Shown piece by piece: positions 15,840 through 24,166 of a stretch of 24,166 bases of DNA; positions within the stretch are counted from its first letter, which is position 1; each line of letters opens with the position of its first letter. The stretch is from an uncultured Acetobacteraceae bacterium (GTDB taxonomy: Bacteria > Pseudomonadota > Alphaproteobacteria > Acetobacterales > Acetobacteraceae): assembly GCA_964250835.1 (NCBI GenBank), contig CAXUIA010000001.1:10840-35005 (forward strand), written 5' to 3'. The translations under genes were made by a program, and so were the position numbers. The notes beneath the pieces are model-generated. The model had not been told where the DNA came from. It made no database searches and saw only the letters and a list, made by a program, of their open reading frames with translations.

Positions 15840-16595
15840 ATGAGCATAGTTCTGAGCCAAGCGCAGCTCGCGTCCCTTGCGACTGCTGCTCAATCTGCTG
15901 CACAGACCGCGTCGACCTCTTCAGGAAGCGGGGCGGCTGCCATGATCGGGGGATCGTCTACAGCGGCGTCGGCCAGTAAGGCCACGAGTGGGGCTGCTCT
16001 GGCGTCTTTGTCTTCCGATTACGGTGACTTCCTGACACTCCTCACCGCCCAACTTCAAAACCAAGATCCGAGCAGCCCGATGGACAGCAGTCAATTTACG
16101 ACCGAACTCGTCCAGTTCACCGGTGTTGAGCAACAGGTCCAAACAAATACCAATCTGACACAATTGCTCCAGCTATCGCAGGATCAGCAGCTCACTCAAA
16201 GCTCGGCAATGATCGGCAAGCAAGTCACGCTCTCCGGCAGCACCGTTCCGTTACAGGCAGGCGGGTCAAAGCTTTCGTTCACGACACCCGCCGCAGAGCC
16301 AGTCTCAATCTCAATCAGCAACAGTTCCGGACTAGACGTGAGAGACGTCCAGCTGACATCTATCTCCGGTCAGAACAGTTGGACATGGAACGGGACCGAC
16401 AACGCCGGGAATGCCCTTCCATCGGGTCCTTACAACGTGGCCGTCGTGAGCGCTGACGCCACAGGCACCGCCAGTCCGGTCGCATTCACCTCAACAGGGA
16501 CGCCCACGAGTGTCCAGAGAACGGCCACCGGCTTAAGCGTCTCCTTTGGAACGTCGACGCTCGACTACGGCAACGTCCAGTCTGTTACTCAGTGA
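15840..16595 (+). CDS. flgD: Flagellar hook capping/assembly protein
   Basis: DFLTLLTAQLQNQDPSSPMDSSQFTTELVQFTGVEQQ..TN..L, MIGK.V, F.W.G.D..GN.LP.G.Y. AAGGAG RBS before ATG 15840. Confidence 0.93.
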   Translation: MSIVLSQAQLASLATAAQSAAQTASTSSGSGAAAMIGGSSTAASASKATSGAALASLSSDYGDFLTLLTAQLQNQDPSSPMDSSQFTTELVQFTGVEQQVQTNTNLTQLLQLSQDQQLTQSSAMIGKQVTLSGSTVPLQAGGSKLSFTTPAAEPVSISISNSSGLDVRDVQLTSISGQNSWTWNGTDNAGNALPSGPYNVAVVSADATGTASPVAFTSTGTPTSVQRTATGLSVSFGTSTLDYGNVQSVTQ

Positions 16596-16599
16596 GCGG

Positions 16600-16616
16600 T
16601 CGGCAAAGAATGCCGG
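16600..16616. promoter_or_regulatory. FlbD/ftr-like dyad 3 upstream of fliF
   Basis: tCGGCA-AAGAA-TGCCGg, the same core and N5 spacing as the two dyads in the flgE/fliK gap. Confidence 0.6.
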
Positions 16617-16619
16617 GTT

Positions 16620-16635
16620 GTTAATGAGTCGGTAA
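16620..16635. promoter_or_regulatory. CtrA-like box upstream of fliF
   Basis: GTTAA-tgagtcg-GTAA (minus strand TTAC-N7-TTAAC, 8/9 match), about 55 bp before the fliF ATG. CtrA activates fliF in Caulobacter crescentus. Confidence 0.6.
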
Positions 16636-16689
16636 GTCTCGCCGCGCAATATCCGCTCCGGCAGAACGCCGGTGCAGGATGGTCGCACG

Positions 16690-18399
16690 ATGACAGCAGC
16701 GCTCGACAGCGATATTACCTCAGGCGGTTTAAAGTCGCTGTTTGACGGCTTCAGAGCGCTTGGACCAGCTAAACTCGCAGCGATGGCTCTGGTCAGTGTC
16801 GGGATGCTTTGCATGCTGGCTCTGCTGATGCTGCACGGCGGCAGCGACGGCGAAAGCCGGATGGCACTCCTCTACGGTGATCTGGATATTCGCGAAGCGA
16901 GCCAGATGGCTGATCTACTCGAGAAGGCGCATATCAAACGAGAGCTAAATGCACAGAATGACCAAATAATGGTGCCAGAGGCCGACGTCGCCTCGGCTCG
17001 ACTTCTTTTAGCGAAATCAAATCTGCCGTCCGGTGGGACCGTCGGCTATGAGATCTTCGACCGTGGTGACGGACTGACGTCTACACAGTTCCAGCAAGAA
17101 ATTAATCAAACGCGAGCCCTCGAAGGAGAGCTGGTGCGCAGCATAACCCTTATCGAGGGAGTTCGCGGAGCGCGAGTCCACCTTGTGCTCCCGCATCGCG
17201 ACCTGTTCGCGCAGGATGCTCAACCTGCTCAGGCCAGCGTTCTTCTTACCATGCGCAACTCAACGCCACTTGATGCGCAGGCAATCCAAGCGATCCTGAA
17301 CCTCGTTTCTGCTGCTGTACCCGGATTGAAGCCGCAGGCCATCGCGATCATAGACAATCATGGCAACCTTCTTGCGCGAAACGGTAGTGCAATTGGCGGT
17401 GTCGATGGAGCGGTGTCGTCCGATGAGCTCCGACAGTCGATCGCACTGAGACTGTCTCGCCAGGTCGAAGACATGCTTGACGCGTCATTGGGACCCAACA
17501 GGGTGAGGGCGGAGGCGTCTGTGACCCTCGATGACGCTAAGATCAACGAAACGCGAGAGGATTACAACCCGGACGAGCAGGTCTTGCGGAGCCAGCAGAC
17601 CAGTTCTGACAAGAGTCGCAACACTCAGGCTCAACAGAATACGAGCGTCGCTAATAATCTGCCAAACGCCGACGCGGGACGAGCGCAGAGCGGCAGCCAG
17701 GACGATCGACGCCAGGAAACCAGCAATTACGAGATAGGAAAAACAATAAGGACTACAGCCGAGCTGACGCCGCGGATCCAGCGAATCAGCCTTGCCGTAC
17801 TGGTCGACGGCGAAACGACGACTGATCGCACCGGAAAGACCAGTTGGGAACCGCGGAGCCGAGAGGAGCTCACCCGAATAGCCGAGCTAGTCAAGAGTGC
17901 GGTCGGCTTCGACCAGAAACGCGGTGATGTCGTAACGGTCGATACAATGCGCTTCGACAATACAGACGAAGCCGCAGAGTCTCTGGCGCCTCACACGCCT
18001 TTCGGGCTAGGCATCGCGGAGCCAGATCTGTTGCGGCTTGCACAAACCAGCTTTATCGGACTGATCACGCTCATCATCGGATTTTTTGTCTTTAAACCAA
18101 TCCTGGCGCAGCTGTCACGCGGATCGTCACCGGAAACGCTACGCTTGTCCTCGACGGAAGCAACGAGGGTGGGCGGACCTCAAGCAATCGACGGCAATGG
18201 GAGGTTGCTCTTGGCGGGACCTGAGGCCGCAGAAGCCGGATCGACCTCGAAGAGCAAGCCATCTTCCCAGTTGCTGATGCAGCATGAGATCGGTCAAGCA
18301 CGTAACTCTTCAACGCGTCGCTTGGGAGACCTTGTAGAACAGTTTCCGGAGGAGAGTCTCACGCTCGTTCGAGCTTGGTTATCAGAGGGGGTCAACTGA
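16690..18399 (+). CDS. fliF: Flagellar M-ring protein
   Basis: LGPAKLAAM TM segment, LLYGDL, GYEIFD, RALEGELVRSI..I.GV..ARVHLVLP, ETSNYEI, AVLVDG, SAVGFD..RGD.V.V, second TM segment. Start ATG 16690 or GTG 16672. Confidence 0.95.
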   Translation: MTAALDSDITSGGLKSLFDGFRALGPAKLAAMALVSVGMLCMLALLMLHGGSDGESRMALLYGDLDIREASQMADLLEKAHIKRELNAQNDQIMVPEADVASARLLLAKSNLPSGGTVGYEIFDRGDGLTSTQFQQEINQTRALEGELVRSITLIEGVRGARVHLVLPHRDLFAQDAQPAQASVLLTMRNSTPLDAQAIQAILNLVSAAVPGLKPQAIAIIDNHGNLLARNGSAIGGVDGAVSSDELRQSIALRLSRQVEDMLDASLGPNRVRAEASVTLDDAKINETREDYNPDEQVLRSQQTSSDKSRNTQAQQNTSVANNLPNADAGRAQSGSQDDRRQETSNYEIGKTIRTTAELTPRIQRISLAVLVDGETTTDRTGKTSWEPRSREELTRIAELVKSAVGFDQKRGDVVTVDTMRFDNTDEAAESLAPHTPFGLGIAEPDLLRLAQTSFIGLITLIIGFFVFKPILAQLSRGSSPETLRLSSTEATRVGGPQAIDGNGRLLLAGPEAAEAGSTSKSKPSSQLLMQHEIGQARNSSTRRLGDLVEQFPEESLTLVRAWLSEGVN

Positions 18400-18401
18400 T
18401 C

Positions 18402-19415
18402 ATGCCTGCCTTCAACGCTGACGTAACGTTATCAGGTGCTCAGAAGGCCGCCATCCTGATGCTATCCTTGGGCGAGGAACGATGCGCTCGACTATTCGAG
18501 CTAATGCATGAGGATGAGATTCGGGAAGTCTCGATGGCGATGACACGCCTCGGAGCGGTCCCGTCTGATGTGGTTGAAAAGCTCGTCGAAGAATTTAGCG
18601 AGCACCTTGGCAATCACGGATCAGTCCGCGGCAGCATGGACACCACCGAACGTTTGCTTATGAGCACGCTTCCTAAAGAGCGCGCTCAACAGATTATGGA
18701 CGAGATTCGTGGTCCCGCGGGACGGACAATGTGGGATAAGCTCGGCAACGTCAATGAAGCCCTGCTCGCAAATTATCTCAAGAATGAGTATCCGCAGACG
18801 GTTGCGGTCGTCCTAAGTAAGATTAGACCTGAGCATTCGGCTCGCGTCATGGCCTTGCTTCCCGAGCCGCTCGCGGTCGACGTAATTTTCCGTATGCTTC
18901 AGATGGAGAGCGTGCAACGGGAAGTGCTTGATGGGGTAGAAAATACGCTCCGGACAGAATTCATGTCGAATCTGGTACGCAGCACTCATCGCGACTCGCA
19001 CGAGTTGTTAGCTGAAATCTTTAACAATCTTGAGCGTCAAGTCGAAACCCGGCTTATACTAGCTATCGAGCAGGTCGATACCGATGCGGCGGAGAAGATA
19101 AAGTCGCTCATGTTCACCTTCCTCGATCTGTCGCGTCTTGCCGGTCCTGCCATCCAGTCGATCCTACGCGTTGCAGAACGAGACAAACTGCCAATCGCGC
19201 TCAAGGGTGCTCCTCCGGCACTTCTCAACACGTTCCTCAATGCAATGTCGGATCGGGCTGCCAAGATGCTGCGCGACGACATAGCCTCCCTCGGTCCTGT
19301 CCGACTTCGTGACGTAGATGAAGCTCAGGCCTCGATCGTTGCCGTTGCTAAAGAGCTTGCAGAGACTGGTGAGATTGACATCTCGCCGTCCGCGTCTGAG
19401 CAGATGGTGGTTTGA
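18402..19415 (+). CDS. fliG: Flagellar motor switch protein G
   Basis: LSGAQKAAILMLSLG, GPAGRTMWDKLGNVNE..LANYLKNEYPQTVAVVLS, MFTF.DL, GPVRLRDVDEAQ. Confidence 0.96.
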   Translation: MPAFNADVTLSGAQKAAILMLSLGEERCARLFELMHEDEIREVSMAMTRLGAVPSDVVEKLVEEFSEHLGNHGSVRGSMDTTERLLMSTLPKERAQQIMDEIRGPAGRTMWDKLGNVNEALLANYLKNEYPQTVAVVLSKIRPEHSARVMALLPEPLAVDVIFRMLQMESVQREVLDGVENTLRTEFMSNLVRSTHRDSHELLAEIFNNLERQVETRLILAIEQVDTDAAEKIKSLMFTFLDLSRLAGPAIQSILRVAERDKLPIALKGAPPALLNTFLNAMSDRAAKMLRDDIASLGPVRLRDVDEAQASIVAVAKELAETGEIDISPSASEQMVV

Positions 19416-19418
19416 TCT

Positions 19419-20102
19419 ATGTTACGACAGCCCAATACGAGATCCGTTCCCGGAGTGTTGTTCATCGAGGACTTCGAAGAAGTCGTCGGACGCCCTCCAT
19501 GTGTCATCCCAACCGTTCAGCCGAGCGGTGATGAACCACTCGAGCGGCTCACTCCTGCCTTAACGGAGGACGACGTCGAGCGCCGGTGTGCAATCGCGCG
19601 AGAGGATGGTTTTGCTGCCGGCTATGCGGTGGCTGAGGAGCAAGCCGCGTCAGAACATTCGTTAGTCTGTGCTAAAATCCGAACTGAGTTGGAACAACTT
19701 CGTGCCGACGCTTGCAGTCAGAGATCGAGCGACATCGAAGTCGTTGCAAATGCAGTGTTCTCGGTTCTCGCCGAGTCTCTGCCTACGTTCTGTGGGCGGC
19801 TCGGCCATGAAGAGGTCAGAGCCGCATTACGGTCCGTTCTCTCGTCGGTCGTTCATGAGCCGCAGCTGACCATTGCAGTCTCGGCCGAGCTCGAGGCAAC
19901 AGTCCGTGATGACTTAAAGGTAGCCGGCGGGCCTGCGAACCGGATAGATGTGACGACTTGTCCTGATATGCTTCCAGGCGACCTCCGTGTCACCTGGGAT
20001 CACGGTTCAGCATCCCGTAACACTCGTGAGATCCGACGACGATTGCTTGACCAACTTGAAGTATTGGGTTTCCTGCCGACTAGAGAAGAGGAGAGGTTAT
20101 GA
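19419..20102 (+). CDS. fliH: Flagellar assembly protein FliH (FlbE-like)
   Basis: Position between fliG and fliN; LF.EDF start, A.EDGFAAG, EPQLTIAV, GD.RVTWDHG.ASR. Confidence 0.75.
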   Translation: MLRQPNTRSVPGVLFIEDFEEVVGRPPCVIPTVQPSGDEPLERLTPALTEDDVERRCAIAREDGFAAGYAVAEEQAASEHSLVCAKIRTELEQLRADACSQRSSDIEVVANAVFSVLAESLPTFCGRLGHEEVRAALRSVLSSVVHEPQLTIAVSAELEATVRDDLKVAGGPANRIDVTTCPDMLPGDLRVTWDHGSASRNTREIRRRLLDQLEVLGFLPTREEERL

Positions 20103-20425
20103 CATCAGACGTTGAGCTCAGTGAGCTTGCGGGTCCGGCCGTCTCACTCGCCGAGGCTCCCACGTCGCGACCATCGTACAATCTTGATGCCGTTTACGAC
20201 GTACCAGTTACAGTTAGCGTAGTGCTCGGTAAGGCAACCATGCAAGTGAACCAGCTTCTCAAGCTCGGCCGTGGTGCAGTCGTTGAGCTCGATCGTCGTT
20301 TGGGCGAAGCCATCGACATTTACGTGAATAATCGTCTGGTGGCACGTGGTGAGGTCGTGATGATTGATGACAATCGTCTTGGCGTGACGATGACGGAGAT
20401 CGTCAAGGCCGATCGGATGGGCTGA
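20099..20425 (+). CDS. fliN: Flagellar motor switch protein N
   Basis: LDAVYDVPVTVSVVLGKA.M.V.QLLKLGRGAVVELDRRLGEAIDIYVNNRLVARGEVV; ATGA overlap with fliH. Confidence 0.95.
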   Translation: MTSDVELSELAGPAVSLAEAPTSRPSYNLDAVYDVPVTVSVVLGKATMQVNQLLKLGRGAVVELDRRLGEAIDIYVNNRLVARGEVVMIDDNRLGVTMTEIVKADRMG

Positions 20426-20426
20426 G

Positions 20427-21782
20427 ATGCGCCTGCTGATCGTAGGATCTCTCTCCGGGGAACTTGGGCGTGCGGCTTCAATTGCCGCAGAGCGGGGCGC
20501 TTCTGTCGATCAGGCTGATCATGTCAGGTCGGCTATGGACAAGCTGCGCCGCGAAGGCAATTTCGACCTTGTCTTTTGCGATATTGACATCGACATCGCC
20601 GTCCTTGTCAGCGGACTAGTGGCCGAGCGGATTGTGGTCGGGGTCATTGCGTGCGGCTACGATGCAGATCCCGAGACGGCAGCAAATGCTATTCGGCTCG
20701 GTGCGCAAGAGTTCCTGCCGCTCCCTCCAGACGGTGACCTGATTGCTGCACTCCTCGCGCAAGCGACAGCACCTGGTGGATCATTGGTTGTGCGCGACCC
20801 CGCAATGCTTGCTCTCCTCAAGCGTGCCGAGCAGGTCGCCATCTCAAGTGCTTCTATTCTCATCGCGGGTGAGTCTGGTACCGGCAAAGAGGTTCTTGCC
20901 CGTTACATCCATTCTAGGTCGCGTCGTGCCAAGGGACCTTTTGTTGCCATCAACTGCGCCGCAATTCCTGAGAACCTTCTTGAGTCGGAACTGTTTGGTC
21001 ACGAGAAAGGAGCATTCAGCGGAGCTGTCGCACGAAGGATTGGAAAGTTTGAGGCTGCTTCGGGCGGCACCCTCCTTCTCGACGAAATTACAGAGATGGA
21101 GATGCGCCTGCAGGCTAAGCTGCTCCGTGCGCTTCAAGAGCGCGAAATCGACCGTCTCGGAGGCAACGCTCCCGTCAAGGTTGACGTGAGGGTACTTGCG
21201 ACAAGCAACCGCCGCATGCAGGCCGAAGTCGATGCCGGCCGTTTTCGTGCCGACCTTTTCTTCCGGCTTAACGTGGTCACCCTAGACGTCCCGCCTCTTC
21301 GTCGTAGGCGTGGCGATATTGCGGAGCTAGCACGCCATTACGCGGCGCATTACGCGAGGATTAATGGCGTGCAGGAGCGGTCGTTGTCCGCTGCCGCCAT
21401 CGCGGCGCTCGAAGCGTATCACTGGCCTGGCAATGTCCGTGAACTCGAGAATGCTATGCATCGTGCGGTGTTGCTCTCAACTGGTGCCGAGCTAGATGAT
21501 GCCTGCCTTGATCACGCAGACGCGCCATTAGACTCACCCACCACGTCGATGTGTTTGGAGACGATGCCTACTCATGACTCGGGCGTGGGCGGTCTGGTAG
21601 GTCGTTCCGTCGAAGAAGTTGAACGCGCCCTGATCATTGAGACGCTCGGTCACACGTCTGGGAATCGTACTCATGCCGCAACGATCCTTGGAATTTCAAT
21701 ACGCGCCCTTCGCAATAAGCTGCGCGACTACGCCGATCGAGGGTTCGAGGTGCCGGCACCTCATGCGGGAGTCGCCGCCTGA
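20427..21782 (+). CDS. flbD: sigma54-dependent flagellar transcriptional activator (receiver, AAA+, HTH)
   Basis: FlbD-type N-terminus (MRLLIVG.L.G.L, AIRLGAQEFLPLPPD..LIAA.L), Walker A GESGTGKE, ESELFGHEKGAFSGA, LLDEI, WPGNVRELEN, HTH GNRTHAA.ILGISIR.LRNKL. Same fliF-fliG-fliH-fliN-flbD-flhA order as Caulobacter. Confidence 0.93.
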   Translation: MRLLIVGSLSGELGRAASIAAERGASVDQADHVRSAMDKLRREGNFDLVFCDIDIDIAVLVSGLVAERIVVGVIACGYDADPETAANAIRLGAQEFLPLPPDGDLIAALLAQATAPGGSLVVRDPAMLALLKRAEQVAISSASILIAGESGTGKEVLARYIHSRSRRAKGPFVAINCAAIPENLLESELFGHEKGAFSGAVARRIGKFEAASGGTLLLDEITEMEMRLQAKLLRALQEREIDRLGGNAPVKVDVRVLATSNRRMQAEVDAGRFRADLFFRLNVVTLDVPPLRRRRGDIAELARHYAAHYARINGVQERSLSAAAIAALEAYHWPGNVRELENAMHRAVLLSTGAELDDACLDHADAPLDSPTTSMCLETMPTHDSGVGGLVGRSVEEVERALIIETLGHTSGNRTHAATILGISIRALRNKLRDYADRGFEVPAPHAGVAA

Positions 21783-23887
21783 TGCAGGCCTCTGCCGCGG
21801 CGGTTGCAACGAGAGAAGGCTTCAGCCCAAAGCTCCTCTTTGGTCGAATCCGGAGCAGAAGTCCCGGTTCGGACGTCATGCTGGCCGCCGGTGTCGTGGC
21901 ACTTCTCTCCATACTGATCCTGCCGTTGCCGCCACTGGTTCTCGACTTTGGCTTGGCGCTCTCAGTCACGTCGTCTGTTCTCATCTTGATGGTGGCGCTG
22001 TTCTTGGAACGGCCGCTTGATTTCACCAGTTTTCCAACCCTCCTGTTGCTGACGACCTTGCTACGCCTGTCACTCGAAGTGGCGACCACCCGACTGATCC
22101 TCAGTCACGGGCATGAGGGACCACTTGCCGCGGGTCACGTTGTAGCCGCCTTCGGAGGCTTCCTAATGGGTGGCGATGTTGTGATCGGCGTTATTCTGTT
22201 CGCAATTTTGTTGGTCGTAAACTTCATGGTGATTACGAAAGGCTCGGGACGCATCGCCGAGGTTGCGGCACGTTTCAGCCTCGATGCAATGCCGGGCAAG
22301 CAGATGGCCATCGACGCAGAACTCTCGTCAGGTGCGATCACTGAGAAGATTGCACGCGTAAGGCGGAGGGAACTCGAAGAGGAGAGCGGCTTCTACGGCG
22401 CTATGGATGGTGCGGCGAAATTTGTTCGTGGCGATGCAATTGCGAGCCTAATGATCACCATCATAAACATTCTGGGCGGGCTCGCCGTTGGCCTCATCCG
22501 TCACGGTATGGCGGTCAGCGATGCTGCGGCAACATTCAGCACGCTGACAATCGGCGATGGGCTTGTTTCTCAAATCCCTGCACTTCTTGTTTCGACTGCC
22601 GCGGGGATCGTGGTCACCAAGGGCGGCGTGGACGGCCGTGCAGACACGGCTCTTGTGCGTCAACTCGGCGGCAACCCAAAGCCGCTTGCTCTTGCATCGG
22701 GAGCCGCTTTCCTCATGGCGCTCATGCCCGGTTTGCCTGCGATCCCGTTCATGGGCCTCGGGCTGCTCGCAGGCGGTGCGGCATGGTTACGTCACCAAGC
22801 TCCCAAACCAGCGATAGAAGAAGATGCCTCGACCGTAGTTCCGGCAGCGACTGCGCCACCGATCGCGGACGCGCTGCGCATCGACATGATCCGCTTGGAA
22901 CTTGGTTATGCATTGCTGCCGCTGGCCAGTGGTGAGCAGCCGAGACTTCCGGAACAAATCAAGTCGCTTCGCAGATCGATTGCTGCCGAAATGGGTCTCG
23001 TTCTTCCGTCGATCCGGATCCAGGACAATCTGCAGCTTGAGCCGGAGACCTACGTTATTCGGATCAAGGAAATCGAGGCGGCGCGAGGTCAGGTCCGGCC
23101 TGATCGTCTGTTGGTCATGGACCCGAACGGAGGTGTTCCAAACCTTCGAGGCGAACGGACGCAAGAGCCCGCATTTGGCTTGCCGGCACTCTGGATCGAT
23201 CTCTCGTTGCGTGACGAAGCCTTGTTCAAGGGCTGCACGGTCGTGGACGCTTCGAGCGTGTTGACCACACACCTGACTGAGACCGCACGCGAGAGTATGG
23301 CCGAACTTCTGACGTATGCGGAGACTCAAAAGCTGCTCGATGAGCTGCCGCGTGACCAGCAGCGGCTGGTTGCCGACGTCATCCCTTCAGTCGCGACCAC
23401 CGGTGCGGTTCAGCGGATCCTGCAAGGTTTGCTCGCCGAGCGCGTCTCGATCAGAGACCTGCCTACGATCCTGGAAGGTGTTCAGGATGCTGCCGGAAGT
23501 GGGCTGAGGGGCATCCCCGCTATCCTGGCGCATGTCCGCACCAAGCTCGCTCGTCAGCTGTGCGAGATGTATACGGGGCCGCGCGGTTATATCCCTCTTG
23601 TGACGCTGTCACCCGAGTGGGAGCTGGCGTTCGCGGAAAGCCTGACCGGGCCTCCTGACGACCGTCAGCTGGCAATGGCGCCCTCGCGGCTCAGCGACTT
23701 TGTCGACAAGCTCAGGGGTGCGCTCGATCGTGCAATGCGCGGCGGTGAAAGTCCCGTACTATTGGTAAGCCAGCATCTGCGCAGTCATGTCCAGGCAATT
23801 GTCAATCGCGTGAGGCCGGCGACACCTGTGCTTGCGCAAACCGAGATTTCAGTTCGTAGCCGGATCAGAACGTTGGAGACAATCTAG
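21782..23887 (+). CDS. flhA: Flagellar export gate protein FlhA
   Basis: PLDF.SFPT.LL..TLLRL, NFMVITKGSGRIAEVAARFSLDAMPGKQMAIDA.L, FYGAMDGAAKFVRGDAIA, IGDGLVSQIPAL, RIQDNLQL, EPAFGLPALWI, LL.ERVSIRDL.TILE. Confidence 0.97.
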   Translation: MQASAAAVATREGFSPKLLFGRIRSRSPGSDVMLAAGVVALLSILILPLPPLVLDFGLALSVTSSVLILMVALFLERPLDFTSFPTLLLLTTLLRLSLEVATTRLILSHGHEGPLAAGHVVAAFGGFLMGGDVVIGVILFAILLVVNFMVITKGSGRIAEVAARFSLDAMPGKQMAIDAELSSGAITEKIARVRRRELEEESGFYGAMDGAAKFVRGDAIASLMITIINILGGLAVGLIRHGMAVSDAAATFSTLTIGDGLVSQIPALLVSTAAGIVVTKGGVDGRADTALVRQLGGNPKPLALASGAAFLMALMPGLPAIPFMGLGLLAGGAAWLRHQAPKPAIEEDASTVVPAATAPPIADALRIDMIRLELGYALLPLASGEQPRLPEQIKSLRRSIAAEMGLVLPSIRIQDNLQLEPETYVIRIKEIEAARGQVRPDRLLVMDPNGGVPNLRGERTQEPAFGLPALWIDLSLRDEALFKGCTVVDASSVLTTHLTETARESMAELLTYAETQKLLDELPRDQQRLVADVIPSVATTGAVQRILQGLLAERVSIRDLPTILEGVQDAAGSGLRGIPAILAHVRTKLARQLCEMYTGPRGYIPLVTLSPEWELAFAESLTGPPDDRQLAMAPSRLSDFVDKLRGALDRAMRGGESPVLLVSQHLRSHVQAIVNRVRPATPVLAQTEISVRSRIRTLETI

Positions 23888-23906
23888 ACGTGCTCGGCCT
23901 GCAGCA

Positions 23907-24166
23907 ATGAAAGTGCGGCGGTTCGATGGGCCCGATCTGGCGTCAGCGGTCGGCGCAGTGCGTCGTTCGCTCGGCGCGGACGCCCTGATCATCGAGACGC
24001 GTCATGTTGCGCAGGGCGTCGAGATCCTGGCCGCCATCGAGGCGAACGACAGGGGCGTGCCGCCGCTGGATATTCCAATCATCGCTGACGAGTATCTCGA
24101 TGAGCGGCGTCGCGCCCTATCGTGGCATGGCGTCAGCGAAGAACTTATGGCCCGGCTCACGGAAAA
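23907..24166 (+). CDS. flhF: Flagellar SRP-type GTPase FlhF, N-terminal part (runs off the window)
   Basis: Own translation from ATG 23907: MKVRRFDGPDLASAVGAVRRSLGADALIIETRHVAQGVEILAAIE..., matching the FlhF N-terminal pattern 'M....F.......A...VR..LG.DA.I..TR.....VEI.AA'. Directly follows flhA. Confidence 0.75.
   Translation, partial: MKVRRFDGPDLASAVGAVRRSLGADALIIETRHVAQGVEILAAIEANDRGVPPLDIPIIADEYLDERRRALSWHGVSEELMARLTE

Noticed and set aside
16626-16630. GANTC (CcrM) site inside the fliF CtrA-like box
   Set aside because: GANTC occurs repeatedly in coding regions here (e.g. 2633, 2894, 8648, 8653, 8739), and the presence of CcrM cannot be established from this window.
16658-16672. CCGGC-N5-GCCGG dyad before fliF as a fourth FlbD site
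   Set aside because: Spacer is 2 bp shorter than in the three matching dyads; may be an RNA hairpin or chance.
1-24166. Mobile elements, CRISPR arrays, tRNA/rRNA, defence or toxin systems
   Set aside because: No transposase, integrase, repeat-spacer array or structural RNA signature seen; nearly all bases are explained by known gene families.

Overview
Alphaproteobacterial window (Acetobacteraceae-like by gene style and order; this is inference) with three blocks. (1) 1-5424: high-GC housekeeping genes: the 3' end of cobQ translationally coupled to a ubiG-like O-methyltransferase, cobD/cbiB head-to-head with the threonine-phosphate decarboxylase gene, then fpr and gor. (2) 5469-9633: a minus-strand tripartite efflux operon (DHA2 MFS, EmrA-like adaptor, NodT/OprM-type outer-membrane factor). 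(3) 9950-24166: a lower-GC flagellar cluster, flbT-flgL-flgK-flgE (minus) diverging from fliK-flgD-fliF-fliG-fliH-fliN-flbD-flhA-flhF(partial) (plus). No rRNA, tRNA, CRISPR array, transposase or integrase is visible. I found no wholly new biological system; all large ORFs belong to known families. The most informative signal is non-coding. A readable flagellar regulatory code is present: two divergent sigma54 promoters share two CGGCA-N5-TGCCG dyads (FlbD/ftr-like), a third dyad sits beside a CtrA-like box before fliF, and further CtrA-like boxes lie before flgK and flbT. Other oddities are a frameshifted HlyD/AaeA-type remnant read through by ubiG, overlapping divergent start codons in the cob genes, and several unusual substitutions plus a G9 tract in flagellar genes. 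All motif and family calls are by eye; no searches were run.
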